DNA of 64,000 nt from NCBI RefSeq assembly GCF_006345805.1, contig NC_042998.1, forward strand, positions 124,001 through 188,000, written 5' to 3'. Below the pieces are notes generated by a model, which did not search any database, had not been told where the DNA came from, and saw only the letters and a list, made by a program, of their open reading frames with translations. The DNA is from Octopus sinensis (Eukaryota). A program made the translations under genes and the position numbers. Below, in pieces: positions 1 to 12,806 of the stretch (positions within the stretch are counted from its first letter, which is position 1; every line of letters begins with the position of its first letter).

Positions 1-115
1 TTTGGTGAAATTTGAGCTCAGAGCACTTAGAGTCAAAACAAAGCATTCTGTCCAAAACTCTAAAGAATTTGTGAACCCACCGCCTTTAGGCAGAGGAACT
101 ATGTAAAATATTTTT

Positions 116-690
116 GAGGTAGAGGTATCATTCAATTAATTCATGAGGCAGAGGCACCATTTAATTAAATCTTGAGGCAGAAGTACCATTCAGTCCTTGA
201 AATAGAGACACCATTCAAATAAATTCTTGAGGCAGAGGTACTACAACTCAATTCTTGAAGTAGAGATACCATTCACTTAATTCTTGAAGAAGAGGTACCA
301 TTCAGTTCTTGAGATAGAGGTACCTTTCAATTAATTCTTGATGAAGAGGTATCATTCAATAAATTCTTGAGGCAGAAGTACCACTTGGTTCTTGAGGCAG
401 AAGTACCATTCAATTAATTCTTGAGGCAGAGGTACCACTCAGTTAGTTCTTGATGCAGAGGTACCATTCAATTCTTGAAGCAGTGGTACATTCAATTAAT
501 TCTTGGAGGCAGACGTACTACCCAATTAATTCTTGAGGCAGAGGTACCACTCAATTAATTCTCAAGGCAGAAAACATACCATTCAACAATTTTTGAAGAA
601 GTATCATTCAATAAATTCTTGAAGTAGGGGTATATGATTCAATAAATTCTTAAGGCAAAGGTACTATAAAATTTATTCGTCTCCGCCTAC
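116..690. repeat. Degenerate minisatellite, about 20 units of 25-30 bp, consensus GAGGCAGAGGTACCATTCAATTAATTCTT
   Basis: Units read directly and are contiguous, with no unique spacers. Confidence 0.9.
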
Positions 691-1026
691 CACAAGAGAT
701 TCATAGGCAGGAACATAGAGTACTCACTCTCCTCTTGCAACACTTTCAACAATGTAAACCAGTGGAATATAAGAACTGCTAAATGTAAGAAATGCAGTCT
801 TCCTGATTCACTTATAATATAATTCCTACTACAAAGTATTTAAATTTTAGTGAAACATCATATCTGAGTGTCTGAGTGTTAACAAAATTGGCAATGGCAA
901 CTTGCCTTATTTTTTATAATGAATGCGTTGTATATATACACGTGTATGTGTGTGTATGCCTCTCACTCACTCTCTCTCTCTTTATACACACACACATCTA
1001 TCTATATATATACATAAAACTTATAA

Positions 1027-1099
<73 letters not shown>

Positions 1100-1170
1100 T
1101 GAAAACGGTAAGATAACAAAAGAAAGAAAGAGACCTCAATATTATGTAAATAGAGGAAATTTATCTATAC

Positions 1171-1355
1171 AATAATATGTTACGTTACTTGATAGTCAAG
1201 ATAAAACTCTGAGTTTCAGATGCCGAAGTGGAAATCCACAACACCATCTCTTCGGTTATCTGGCTATTTCAGATAACTGAAGAGATGTCGTGGATTCCCA
1301 CTTCGGCATCTGAAACTCAGAGTTTTATCTTGACTATCGAGTAATGTAACATATT

Positions 1356-1358
<3 letters not shown>
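1171..1358. repeat. Fold-back element, about 90-bp arms with a short loop, followed by (TA)n; probable Penelope-like terminal repeat
   Basis: 1171-1263 is the reverse complement of 1269-1358 apart from a few substitutions and one small indel. Confidence 0.9.
1271..1330 (+). ncRNA. Candidate minimal type I hammerhead ribozyme motif (variant)
   Basis: AGATAA-CTGAAGA-[GATGTCG...CGGCATC]-T-GAA-ACTC-A-GAGT-T-TTATCT: stems I, II and III all pair. Deviations are an extra U before GAAA and a GUU cleavage triplet. Confidence 0.45.
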
Positions 1359-1402
<44 letters not shown>

Positions 1403-1613
1403 CTTATTAAATCGTCATTTTCCTTTTCCACATTTCCTTTTACATTGTAAAATGAAATGTGGAAATTGATGATTTAATGTCTGTTCTCAGCATATTGGCA
1501 TGGAAATAATTTTTCTTTTGCCTTTGTTTATAAGTTGTTTATAATTTTAACCTTTAAAGGTATTTTAATATGCTACCACTTTTGATGAAATTTTTTTCTG
1601 AAAAACATTTTAT

Positions 1614-1654
<41 letters not shown>

Positions 1655-1819
1655 AAATTAATTTAGGGTAGAAATTGATATTTATCAATTAGACTGTCCA
1701 CTTTTCGTGTTCAGTCCTTAATTGGTATATATAAATATTTTAATCTTCAGATTTTTTTAATATGCTAGACCACTGGTTCTAATTGATAAATATCAATTTC
1801 TACCCTAAATTAATTTTAT

Positions 1820-1871
<52 letters not shown>

Positions 1872-2295
1872 ATAAAATGTTTTTCAGAAAAAAATTTCAT
1901 CAAAAGTGGTAGCATATTAAAATACCTTTAAAGGTTAAAATTATAAACAACTTATAAACAAAGGCAAAAGAAAAATTATTTCCATGCCAATATGCTGAGA
2001 ACAGACATTAAATCATCAATTTCCACATTTCATTTTACAATGTAAAAGGAAATGTGGAAAAGGAAAATGACGATTTAATAAGTTATATATATATATATAT
2101 ATATATATAGAATAATATGTTACATTACTCGATAGTCAAGATAAAACTCTGAGTTTCAGATGCCGAAGTGGGAATCCACGACATCTCTTCAGTTATCTGA
2201 AATAGCCAGATAACCGAAGAGATGGTGTTGTGGATTTCCACTTCGGCATCTGAAACTCAGAGTTTTATCTTGACTATCAAGTAACGTAACATATT

Positions 2296-2330
<35 letters not shown>

Positions 2331-2348
2331 GAGTGAAAATATATACAT

Positions 2349-2396
2349 GTGAAAATATACGAAATAAATATAAATATTTATTTCGTATATTTTCAC
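2349..2396. repeat. Perfect 22-bp hairpin with 4-nt loop
   Basis: gtgaaaatatacgaaataaata-taaa-tatttatttcgtatattttcac. Confidence 0.9.
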
Positions 2397-2797
2397 TTGT
2401 TTATTGCTATGGTTTTGTGTTGAGTTTGATCTGAGAACATAATCTTTTGTGGAGAATGGCGATTTGACGTCTATATCTAGCATGTTGACTGTTCTTAATT
2501 GGTATATATATATATATTATATATATATATATATATAATTGAAAAGGGGTTAATAATCCATACAAATCAGAAGTTATAGTTAAAAAGTAAAGATGGAGAC
2601 AGGATGAAAGTATGTTTAAAGATTGTTTTATATTTGTTACATTAAGTAACTTTTATAAAATATCATTAGTTTTTATATGAATGATCATCTTATCAAATAT
2701 TAAAATTCAAAGTCAAGAATTAGGAAATTTAAGGCAGTTTGTTCTCATATTTTGTGTGTAGTTAAGAACATGTCTGGAATTTTATCTTAAAGTCTCT

Positions 2798-2878
2798 TCT
2801 ATGTTGGGGTCTGAAATTGGGTTTCCAAACCCCTACATACTTGACCTTTTGAACCCCATTCCAGACCTCTACATAGAC
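2798..2878. repeat. Imperfect fold-back, about 30-bp arms
   Basis: tctatgttggggtctgaaattgggtttc pairs imperfectly with gaaccccattccagacctctacataga. Confidence 0.7.
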
Positions 2879-3227
2879 AACAAGAAGAGACCTTAAGATA
2901 CAATTCCAAAGATTTTCTTAACTACATGCAAAATATGAATACAAACTGTTTTTAATTTGCAATTTTTCCTTATAACCTAATTTTTCTTTGAATCTTTGAT
3001 ATGTGATAAGATGGACATATGCATTGAAACCAACAATATTTTATATAAAAGTTGCTTAACATAACAAATATGAAACAATCTTTAAACATATTTTCATGTT
3101 GTTTCCACCTTTACTTTTTAACTACACACATAAATATACATATATATATATATATATATACCGGAGTAAACACATAAATGTGAAACAAGGTGGAAAAAAA
3201 AGTACTCAAATACCAGTGGTAGAGTAA

Positions 3228-3334
3228 TATGCTTTATTTAAAGCAGCAAAAAATTCGACAAAACCTGTTACTCTGAGTTTTCTGTTCAGAGTAACAGGTT
3301 TTGTTGAATTTTTTGCTGCTTTAAATAAAGTATA
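3228..3334. repeat. Fold-back element, 49-bp arms, 9-nt loop
   Basis: The arms differ by two transitions; (TA)n follows. Confidence 0.9.
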
Positions 3335-3560
3335 TATATATATAAATACAAAATGGGACAAGAACATAAAACATTCAAATAGATGATACAAAAAACACAG
3401 ACGGGTCATTCGAAGCCTCTAATCGTCAGTGAAGAATCTGATCATCCTCGCAATTTCAGCTGGACTGAAGATTAGAGGCCTCGAATGACCCGTTCATGTT
3501 TTTTGTATCGTTTATTTGAATGTTTTACGTTCTTGTTCCATTTTGTATTTTTATATATAT
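3335..3560. repeat. Fold-back element, about 95-bp arms, 33-nt loop, (TA)n-flanked
   Basis: 3335-3430 is the reverse complement of 3464-3560 with scattered transitions. Confidence 0.88.
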
Positions 3561-4279
3561 ATTATTGCAGCGTTCGTACATCTTATTCTCTTATATATAT
3601 ATATATATATACAGGTATCCATCTGCCCATCTATACTTGATTTGAGTGAAGTTAACTTATATTTCAATACCTGTTGCTGAACCCAAGCTCAACTGTGAAT
3701 GAGTAAATCTGTGACCAAAAGTATTCGAGTTATGACTATTCCATGTGTTTAGGGGTATCTAGGACTAAGTCATCAAATGTGTTCTTCTTTGATTAAAATA
3801 CTGGAGTTTCATTTAAGGGAGATTTGTCTGTTGCTTTAGCAGATTAAGCGTTAATGTTGAGGCTCTCTTGTTTATTCCTGATATAACTGCAGACACCATG
3901 AATTTCCACTTAAAAGTACATTCTTCAGCCAGAAGGAGCCTTGGGAAATTTTTCCAAACTCCCCAGGTTATCCTGTGATCAGGTAGCTGTATGTTGAATA
4001 TGCTTAGCTAAGAAGGTTCAATAAGGCCAAAATATTTTTGGAGTTGTCACCATAGTGACCAAGGATTAAACTTACTGCTTTCATAATTTATTTTAATTTT
4101 TGATCTTTTAAGAGTTTTCTTTTTCACCTTTTAGAATAATTTTTGTTATTAATGCTAATGATGTTTTCTTTTCCTTACAATAGTTTCAGTTTAAATAACC
4201 AATGGAAGCCCATTGAATGTATGTATATATACATACACACATACATATATGTATAAACACACACACACACATATATATA

Positions 4280-4506
4280 GTATTTTTATATAAGCTTAAA
4301 ACTTATGGTGATCACTGAGCAATGACTACGGAAAATAGTTTAATAAAGAAGCATATAAGCTCTTGACAGAAAAAAAAGGCTTTCCTATCCGCATGGATAG
4401 GCAAGCCTTCTTTTTCCTGTCAAGGGCTTATATGCCCCTTTATTAGACTATTTTCCTTAGTCATTGCATGGTGATTGCTATAAGCTTTAAGCTTATATAA
4501 AAATAC
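4280..4506. repeat. Fold-back element, about 110-bp arms, 4-nt loop (gcat)
   Basis: Centre ggctttcctatcc-gcat-ggataggcaagcc; arms traceable to tatttttatataagc / gcttatataaaaata. Confidence 0.88.
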
Positions 4507-4565
4507 CATTATTAATATTTACAGGATTGCAAATCATGGTGCTGTAAAAAAAAAAACCATTTGCA

Positions 4566-4630
<65 letters not shown>

Positions 4631-4633
<3 letters not shown>

Positions 4634-5597
4634 TCAATGTGTGTGTTCTTTGAACCTGTGTTTGTCCTACCATACCACTCACTTAACAACTGGTGTCGGT
4701 GTGTTCGCATCCCTGTAACATAGCAGCCTGGCAAAAGAGACCAATAGAAAAAGTACCAGACTTAAAAGTTAAGTACTAGGATTGATCAGTTTGACTAAAA
4801 CCCTTCAAGGCAGTGCCCCAGCATGGCCTTAGTACAATGACTGAAACAAATAAAAGATTTTTTAAAAAAAGACATAACAATAACAAACAACATATTAAAA
4901 ATAAATCAATATAAAATGAAAAAGTCTGAATTCAGAATTAATTTGAAATTTTACAAATTTTAGTTATTTGACGATAAAATTAACAGTAAAGTTCATTTTG
5001 TTTTATTTATATTATTATTATTAATATTATCATTATTATTATTATTGTTATTATTATTAATTATATTACATATTATTTTAACAAGACATTTCTTTTTATA
5101 TATTATATATATATTATATATATATATATATATATATCAGTCAATGTGTGTGTTTCTTTGAACCTGTGTTTGTCCTACCAATACCACTCACTTAACAACT
5201 GGTGTCGGTGTGTTCGCATCCCTGTAACATAGCAGCCTGGCAAAAGAGACCAATAGAAAAAGTACCAGACTTAAAAGTTAAGTACTAGGATTGATCAGTT
5301 TGACTAAAACCCTTCAAGGCAGTGCCCCAGCATGGCCTTAGTACAATGACTGAAACAAATAAAAGATTTTTTAAAAAAAGACATAACAATAACAAACAAC
5401 ATATTAAAAATAAATCAATATAAAATGAAAAAGTCTGAATTCAGAATTAATTTGAAATTTTACAAATTTTAGTTATTTGACGATAAAATTAACAGTAAAG
5501 TTCATTTGTTTATTTATATTATTATTATAATATTATCATTATTATATTATTGTTATTATTATTATTATATTACATATTATTTTAACAAGACATTTCT

Positions 5598-5602
<5 letters not shown>
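4631..5602. repeat. About 500-bp direct tandem duplication (units start at 4631 and 5138) containing a SINE 3' half
   Basis: The units are nearly identical, differing mainly by 1-bp indels and microsatellite length. Confidence 0.9.
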
Positions 5603-5640
<38 letters not shown>

Positions 5641-6140
5641 TTAGTTAACAGTTTTGAGAACTTGCCAAAAAGTTAGCAAGCTTGAAAAGATATATTTATT
5701 TTTCTCTATTTTTTTCTTTCCGTTTCTTTTATCTTTGAATCATCATGTAGGAAAGGAAATGATGAAAAAGAAATAGAGAGAGAAAGAGAGTGAGAGAGAG
5801 AGAGAGAGAGAGAAAGAAAGAAACAGAGAGAGAGAGAGAGAGTTAGAGCAAGTAAAAGAGAAAAAATCTAAAGCAAGTGGTAGTATTTAAGAAGTGTGTC
5901 TATTTATTTAGTCACAATAACTATAATACAATCTGGCAGCATCATTTGAGGCCAGAGTAGTAAGGTGCTTTTAATCACAACAGCTAGACATAGTGGTTGG
6001 TATAGTAAGATAGGCAATGTGTGCAAGCACGTTTCACATGTAACATGGCTAGCAAGCTGGACACAGCGAATCTCTGACAACTTGCACACAACGGCAAGGC
6101 TACAGAATGCCAAGAATGGTTCTGAAGGATTGGGAATATA

Positions 6141-7007
<867 letters not shown>

Positions 7008-9083
7008 ATTTACTCACTCATATAACTGTGAACCTTCATGAAACACTCGCTCTATTCTTCACTGCAAACTCCCAAAGATTTGCAAATTTATTCGTTCATG
7101 CAAATATATACATATATTGAATCATAATTGTACACAATTAAGTGTGCATGCACATATACATACATATGCACATACACACACTTATATATTTATAACTATA
7201 TATATAAATTTATGAAATCAGTCATAAGCAAGATATACACACATATACATATATGTATATATGTATATATACACACATATATATTATATATACATTTGAT
7301 CATAGAACTGCACGCACTCTTGCATATAGACACTGGAAAAAAATACATACATACACGTGCACACACTTATGAGAAACAGCTGTGTCCACAAAGATAAACA
7401 CTAAAGAGTTGAAGGGGTGGGGAGAAATCAACTCAAACAAAAACAAAAACAAGAAAAAAAAACGTAGAAAAATACCAATGAAAAATAGTTTAGTTATAGT
7501 AAAAGGAAGAAAAGACAGCTTGTAAGAATCAAAACCTTCAGTTATCAAATTATAGAAAAACAGTAAGATGGAGTTTTTGGGTAGACATAAAAAAAAAAGA
7601 AAAAAACCAAGTGGAAGATATAGAGCGAAGATGGGTTGGAGGGTTTGAGATATATTATGGTAGTAGGTTTGGTGACGGTTAAGATATACAATGAGTACGA
7701 TTGTTTATGCTGAGGATAGGGATGGGATCTTTGCATATTGTGTTACATATTGAGTATATGATCTTGAGTATCAAAAAAAAAACAGAAACAAAGAAAAATG
7801 AAAAAAGGAGTACAAGTATAAAGATTGATTTTTTGAGAAGAATTTGGTGTTAGTGGTTAGATTTTTTTTTTTCTGGGTGGGATGAAAGAAAAGTAGAAGA
7901 ATTTTAAGTAAAAGGTAGAGAATATTTTAAGAAGTACATTTAAAATGACACATTTGTAAAGAAAGAAATTATACAAGAGCTTTTGGAATTAAGAGTCAAG
8001 CTTGTATATGAACTTTTTCTTTTTATAAAAGATTTCTCGAGACCCAGTTTGCATTTTAGGTTTTCAATATCTGTTGAAGTATTTCAACTAAATATCATTT
8101 TGCCTGTGTAATTTATCCACTTGTCCTATACCTCAGTCAAAAAAAGTCAGCATAATCCTCAATTTGGAAACCTAAGCTTTATGCAGTCAGTTATACATCA
8201 ATTGTTTATGATGAAACAATTGTTTGTGGTTTGCTTGAGTTGATCAGAACTACCAACAAAGCCAACTACTACTGTTGCAGCTTTGAGTTAATTAGTCAGT
8301 TTATTTTCTTTTGCCAATATAATTTGTAGTTTATATTAACAGAGTTTACTAATGTATACAATCTTTGTTCAAAGTTTGTTTGGTTTGTGTCTAGAAGTAG
8401 AAATTTAGCTAAAGAAACAACATACTTATGTAAATATTCCACAAAGTTTACATTCGTACATTAATTAGACAGACACACAGACCGCACCCACCCACAAACA
8501 CCAGACTTTCTTTTATTTCACACAGAAAGATGAATAGAACTTTTTGAAATATTACAAGGGTAATAATCAAAAGAATTAAAGTCAATCAGTTACACAAGAA
8601 CATAAAAGAACAGTTCAAACAAATGTAAAATTAGTTTATGTTCCCTATTTTATTAATGGTGGAGTGGGTAACTACAAATAAGTGCTTTGGTAATAGAGAC
8701 CATTAAAAAAAAAATGCTAGATACATAGCCAATTAAATGGTGGAAAAGAAGAAAATTAATGATTTAACAAAGAAAGTAGGTCCCACTTTCTCTTAATGAT
8801 AAATGAAAGTGGAATTTAGTTGAGACTTTGAGGGTGGATTCTTTGTCTTTTCTACTCTCATGGCAATGAACTTACTACTTGGAAAATTGCTACCAAAGAA
8901 GATTTAAAGACAGGACTGAGGAAGCAGGGATAAAAATGAGTTGATGAATCTGCATTACATCAAGGGGATGTATCAACAATATCGACTGAGAGCATGATGG
9001 GAAATTTATGCACTTCTGTAATGATATTAGAAACATGACATGAATAAAGTGAAAGCTCTCTCTCTTGTATTAATTCTCTTGAA

Positions 9084-9252
9084 CAGTGCCCCACAACTGG
9101 TATGCCATGAGACGATGCTAGGTGGGCGAGAGTATAACCTGAATATAATTTTTTCCCTATACGTTTAAGTTATATATTTAGTTCAGGGTGTGTCACCGAA
9201 TTTTGAAAAGAATATAAGTGTACCAGAAGTGAAAAAAGGTTGTGGAGCACTG
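9084..9252. mobile_element. hAT-type MITE
   Basis: TIRs cagtgccccacaac / gttgtggagcactg; 8-bp degenerate TSD ctcttgaa / ctttagaa. Confidence 0.7.
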
Positions 9253-9499
9253 CTTTAGAACACTGTGCTATTTCTAAGTGGTTTGCTTAATACCACCATT
9301 TTATTCTATCTACCTCTTAAATGGTAAAGTACATTTTAGGGAAAAATTTCCTAATTACTATAGCAGGTAGGAAGAGTCTTTCCTTAATAGTTTAAGGTAC
9401 AACGAAGTACCAAAATTAGATTATAGGTTCATAAATCTGTCACATGGTGCCTGTTTCATAAAAATATTAATTTCTAATATTGGCATACAACTACGCATT

Positions 9500-9500
<1 letters not shown>

Positions 9501-9555
<55 letters not shown>
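9501..9555. repeat. (AG)n microsatellite
   Basis: Read directly. Confidence 0.95.
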
Positions 9556-9559
<4 letters not shown>

Positions 9560-11077
9560 TGTTGATGATTTCAACCTTAGTACTTTGCTAATACTTATTT
9601 CAAAGACTTCATAATCAGATAAAAGACAAGTTGGCTTCAGTGCACTTTGAATTCATAATGTAAAAGGAACATAACCAAATACAGTAAAGGACACTTTCTG
9701 TATTCTACTGATTTTACCACTCTTCATCTTTGATAATTATATTAATATAATAATGAGAAATTTATAGTAAAGAATGCCCAGTTAGTGGATTATGTTGAGT
9801 AGTAAATGAAGCAATAATAATAATTATAATCCCACAAAAAAGCAATAAGCCTCCTAATAAAAGATCAAAGCTTGATTTATTACAAAGAAATAAGATATGA
9901 GACCAAGAATTCATAGGTGAGGGAGAAGGAAATTACATCATAAAGATATTATGTGAAAAATACTTTGAGGAGAAAAAAAATGATTAACAATGAAAAGAAA
10001 ATACCATCTGAATTGAAACTGCATCATAGATTCAGTAAGGTAGGAGCTTAACTCATTTCTGCTGCTCTTTGAAATAGATAAGGTAATTGAATCTTTTAAT
10101 GTGTCTTGTTTGAAAGCAAGGTGTGGTATATAAACATGACTTTTAGTGGAAAAGATATTGTATACAATCCATTAAAAACAATATTTATTTGTAATTAAGG
10201 ATTTTTTTTCTTCATTGATGTCAATAATTATTCATGAATTCATATTATTTGAATAAGTTTTATTGAAAAACTTTTTTTTTGCTTAAATTTCAACAATATT
10301 AATGAAAACTGAATTTTTATTCTTTTAGGTGACATGATGAAACTTTCTACAGATGTCATTATAGTTGAAACAGACACAAGCTAAGATAATCTATAGCATA
10401 AAGATTTGAGGTTACAAAGAAAAACAACAAAATAAAAGAAAAGAACCATTACATAAATACTTAGAGCACGTGCAAACACATTCTCTCTCTTCCTCCCTCC
10501 AGTAATATATTTTACAGATGACCAAAATTTTTGCTGTAGTATAATAACTTGTATTTCAAGAAAGAAGCCTGTTTACTCAATATTTATGTTACTAACACAG
10601 CTAGAATCTGACATAAAAAAAAAATCAAATGGCCTGATAATAAAATATGAGGAAAATTTTTAAGAGACCATACTGAACTCATATTTGGCTTTTAAAATTT
10701 TAGTCTTCCAGTTGCAACTCCACAAGCAAAAACGAACAAAAAAAAAACACCCAAAAAACATATACGTTAATTGGTAGTGTTTGAATGTTTTCACTTCAAG
10801 GGCCAGGTAACAATTTATGATCAGGTGTTTTAATATTTGGGTAGCAGGTGGATTGAGAAATAGTGTAGAAGTTTAACTGCCACTCGTATGATGTTCTGTG
10901 GCTCAAAATTAATATTCTGTTGAGAGTTATGTATGCTTTCAACTACTTTGGGGTCAAAAGATCAAAACCAGTAATACACTGATTTCACAGCAGCTTTCTA
11001 TAACTTCTGTTTTATGTCTGTGGAAAGAGTTTTATTTTGAAATATTTGTATACCTTTTAGTTTTCTATTTATTTTAA

Positions 11078-11510
11078 CCTTTTAGCATTTAACCCTTTTG
11101 TTACTGTATTTATTTTAGATGCTTTGAGTTTCTTTCAATTATTTTAAATATAACAAAGAATTTAGTAAAATGACTTAGTTATCATTAAGTTAGTGTTAGG
11201 AATATAAATTGTAACTAAGGTTTGGTGGAAGATTTTAATTGAGAACTTTTGAAAACAAGACATTTGTACAACAGGGCCAGAGCCGGGTTGGTAACAAAAG
11301 GGTTAAACTGGCCGTATTGGGCCCAAATATTTTACCAGCTTTATGTTCAAACTGACCAAATCGGCCTCTCACACTTATTCTATTGTGTCATTCTAAAAAT
11401 AAACAACAGCATCATCAAAATATTGAAGCTACAAGATAATGTATGATTAATTCAAAACAATGTGTATAAATAAGTATTATACCTGACCGAGTAATCTGAA
11501 TGCTTAAGGG
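11078..11510. mobile_element. TTAA-target (piggyBac-like) MITE, family 1, interrupted by a family-2 MITE
   Basis: Ends ttaa|ccttttagcatt ... aatgcttaaggg|tcaa; same ends as the 37710-38275 copy. Confidence 0.7.
11093..11302. mobile_element. TTAA-target (piggyBac-like) MITE, family 2
   Basis: Perfect 12-bp TIR cccttttgttac / gtaacaaaaggg, with TTAA at 11089-11092 and 11303-11306. Confidence 0.85.
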
Positions 11511-12750
11511 TCAAAGGAAAAAGAAATGTGAAATATCAGCAGACATTTTAAACACAGAAGGTTTCTTGTGTGAAGATGTGTGGCATAGTATTTTCGGGCG
11601 ATGGACTTATGATTGTTAGGTCCTGGCTCCAGTTCTTGACTGGGTGATGTGTTGTGTCCTTCAGCAAGGCACTTCATTTCACATAGCTTCAGTTCATGCT
11701 GTTGAACATGAGTACCAGCAATAGCTGGGGGTCAGGAGGTTAACAATGCAATAGACTGGTATTCTGTTTAGGAGTACTTCTTATACTCTCTATTGCTTAA
11801 ATGCCATAGAAACTGGAATAAGCTCTAGTCAGATGAGCTGCCTATATGTTCAAGATTGGTGGAATATTATAGAATATTTCTTTCTACTATAGGCACAAGG
11901 CCTGCGATTTTGTGAGACAGACTAGTCAGTTACATCAACTGGTGCTTATTTCATCAATTCTGGAAAGATGAAAGGCAAAGTCACACCCAGCAGAATTTGA
12001 GCTCAGAATGGAAAGCCAGAAGAAATGCCATTAAGCACTTTGTCCAGTGTGTCAACACTTCTGCGAGTTCGCAGCCTTAATCTCTTAGAGAAGATTAATG
12101 GATGCATTATAGAACAAGATGTTTAATTCTCAGTGGTTCAGTTTACTTTTAGTCCTGTAAGTAGTGGGAGCACAATATAATTAATAAGTGTTTTTTCTTT
12201 TTTGTTATCTTTGATTGCTGGACTTAAATTTTTTCAAGAGGACACATGTTGTAGTTGGTTGGTGAATGTTCTGTCATGGGTCAGAAGTGGTGATCATTTC
12301 TTTTATGCCTGAAACTCAGGATAATCTCTAGCTTTGTGCAACATTTTTCAGAATCAATGATTAGATTGAGGAAGGAGTCTGCTTGAGAATGAAATTGTGA
12401 AACTGTTTATTCACATGGCTAAGACAGTGAATTACAATCAGTTTACTCAGAAGCAAACTGATCAAAAATTTAAGGAAGAAACATATTAAAGTATAATTAA
12501 AGGATTACAACATTAAATATGTAAAGCTTTATTAGGTTCTGCCTAGATGAAAGAGGGTGCAAAAGAAAGGCAAAATAAGTTAGTTGATTGCCTTGGTTTT
12601 CTTTTTGGGAATTCTACAAAAATAAAAGGGAATGAAAGAGAAAAGCAAATTATTCTTCATATTAAAGTTGGTATGAATGTGTGTGTGTGTAACAGAGAGA
12701 AAGAGGGACAGTGAGAAGGAGAGAGAGGGATATATATATATATATATAAT

Positions 12751-12806
<56 letters not shown>

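Larger units (their letters stand above)
1171..2298. repeat. About 520-bp inverted duplication (arms 1171-1692 and 1779-2298, 86-bp spacer)
   Basis: Non-microsatellite parts read as exact reverse complements; only (TA)n lengths differ. Confidence 0.9.

Noticed and set aside
116-690. CRISPR-like array
   Set aside because: The units are contiguous and degenerate with no unique spacers, the context is eukaryotic, and there are no cas genes.
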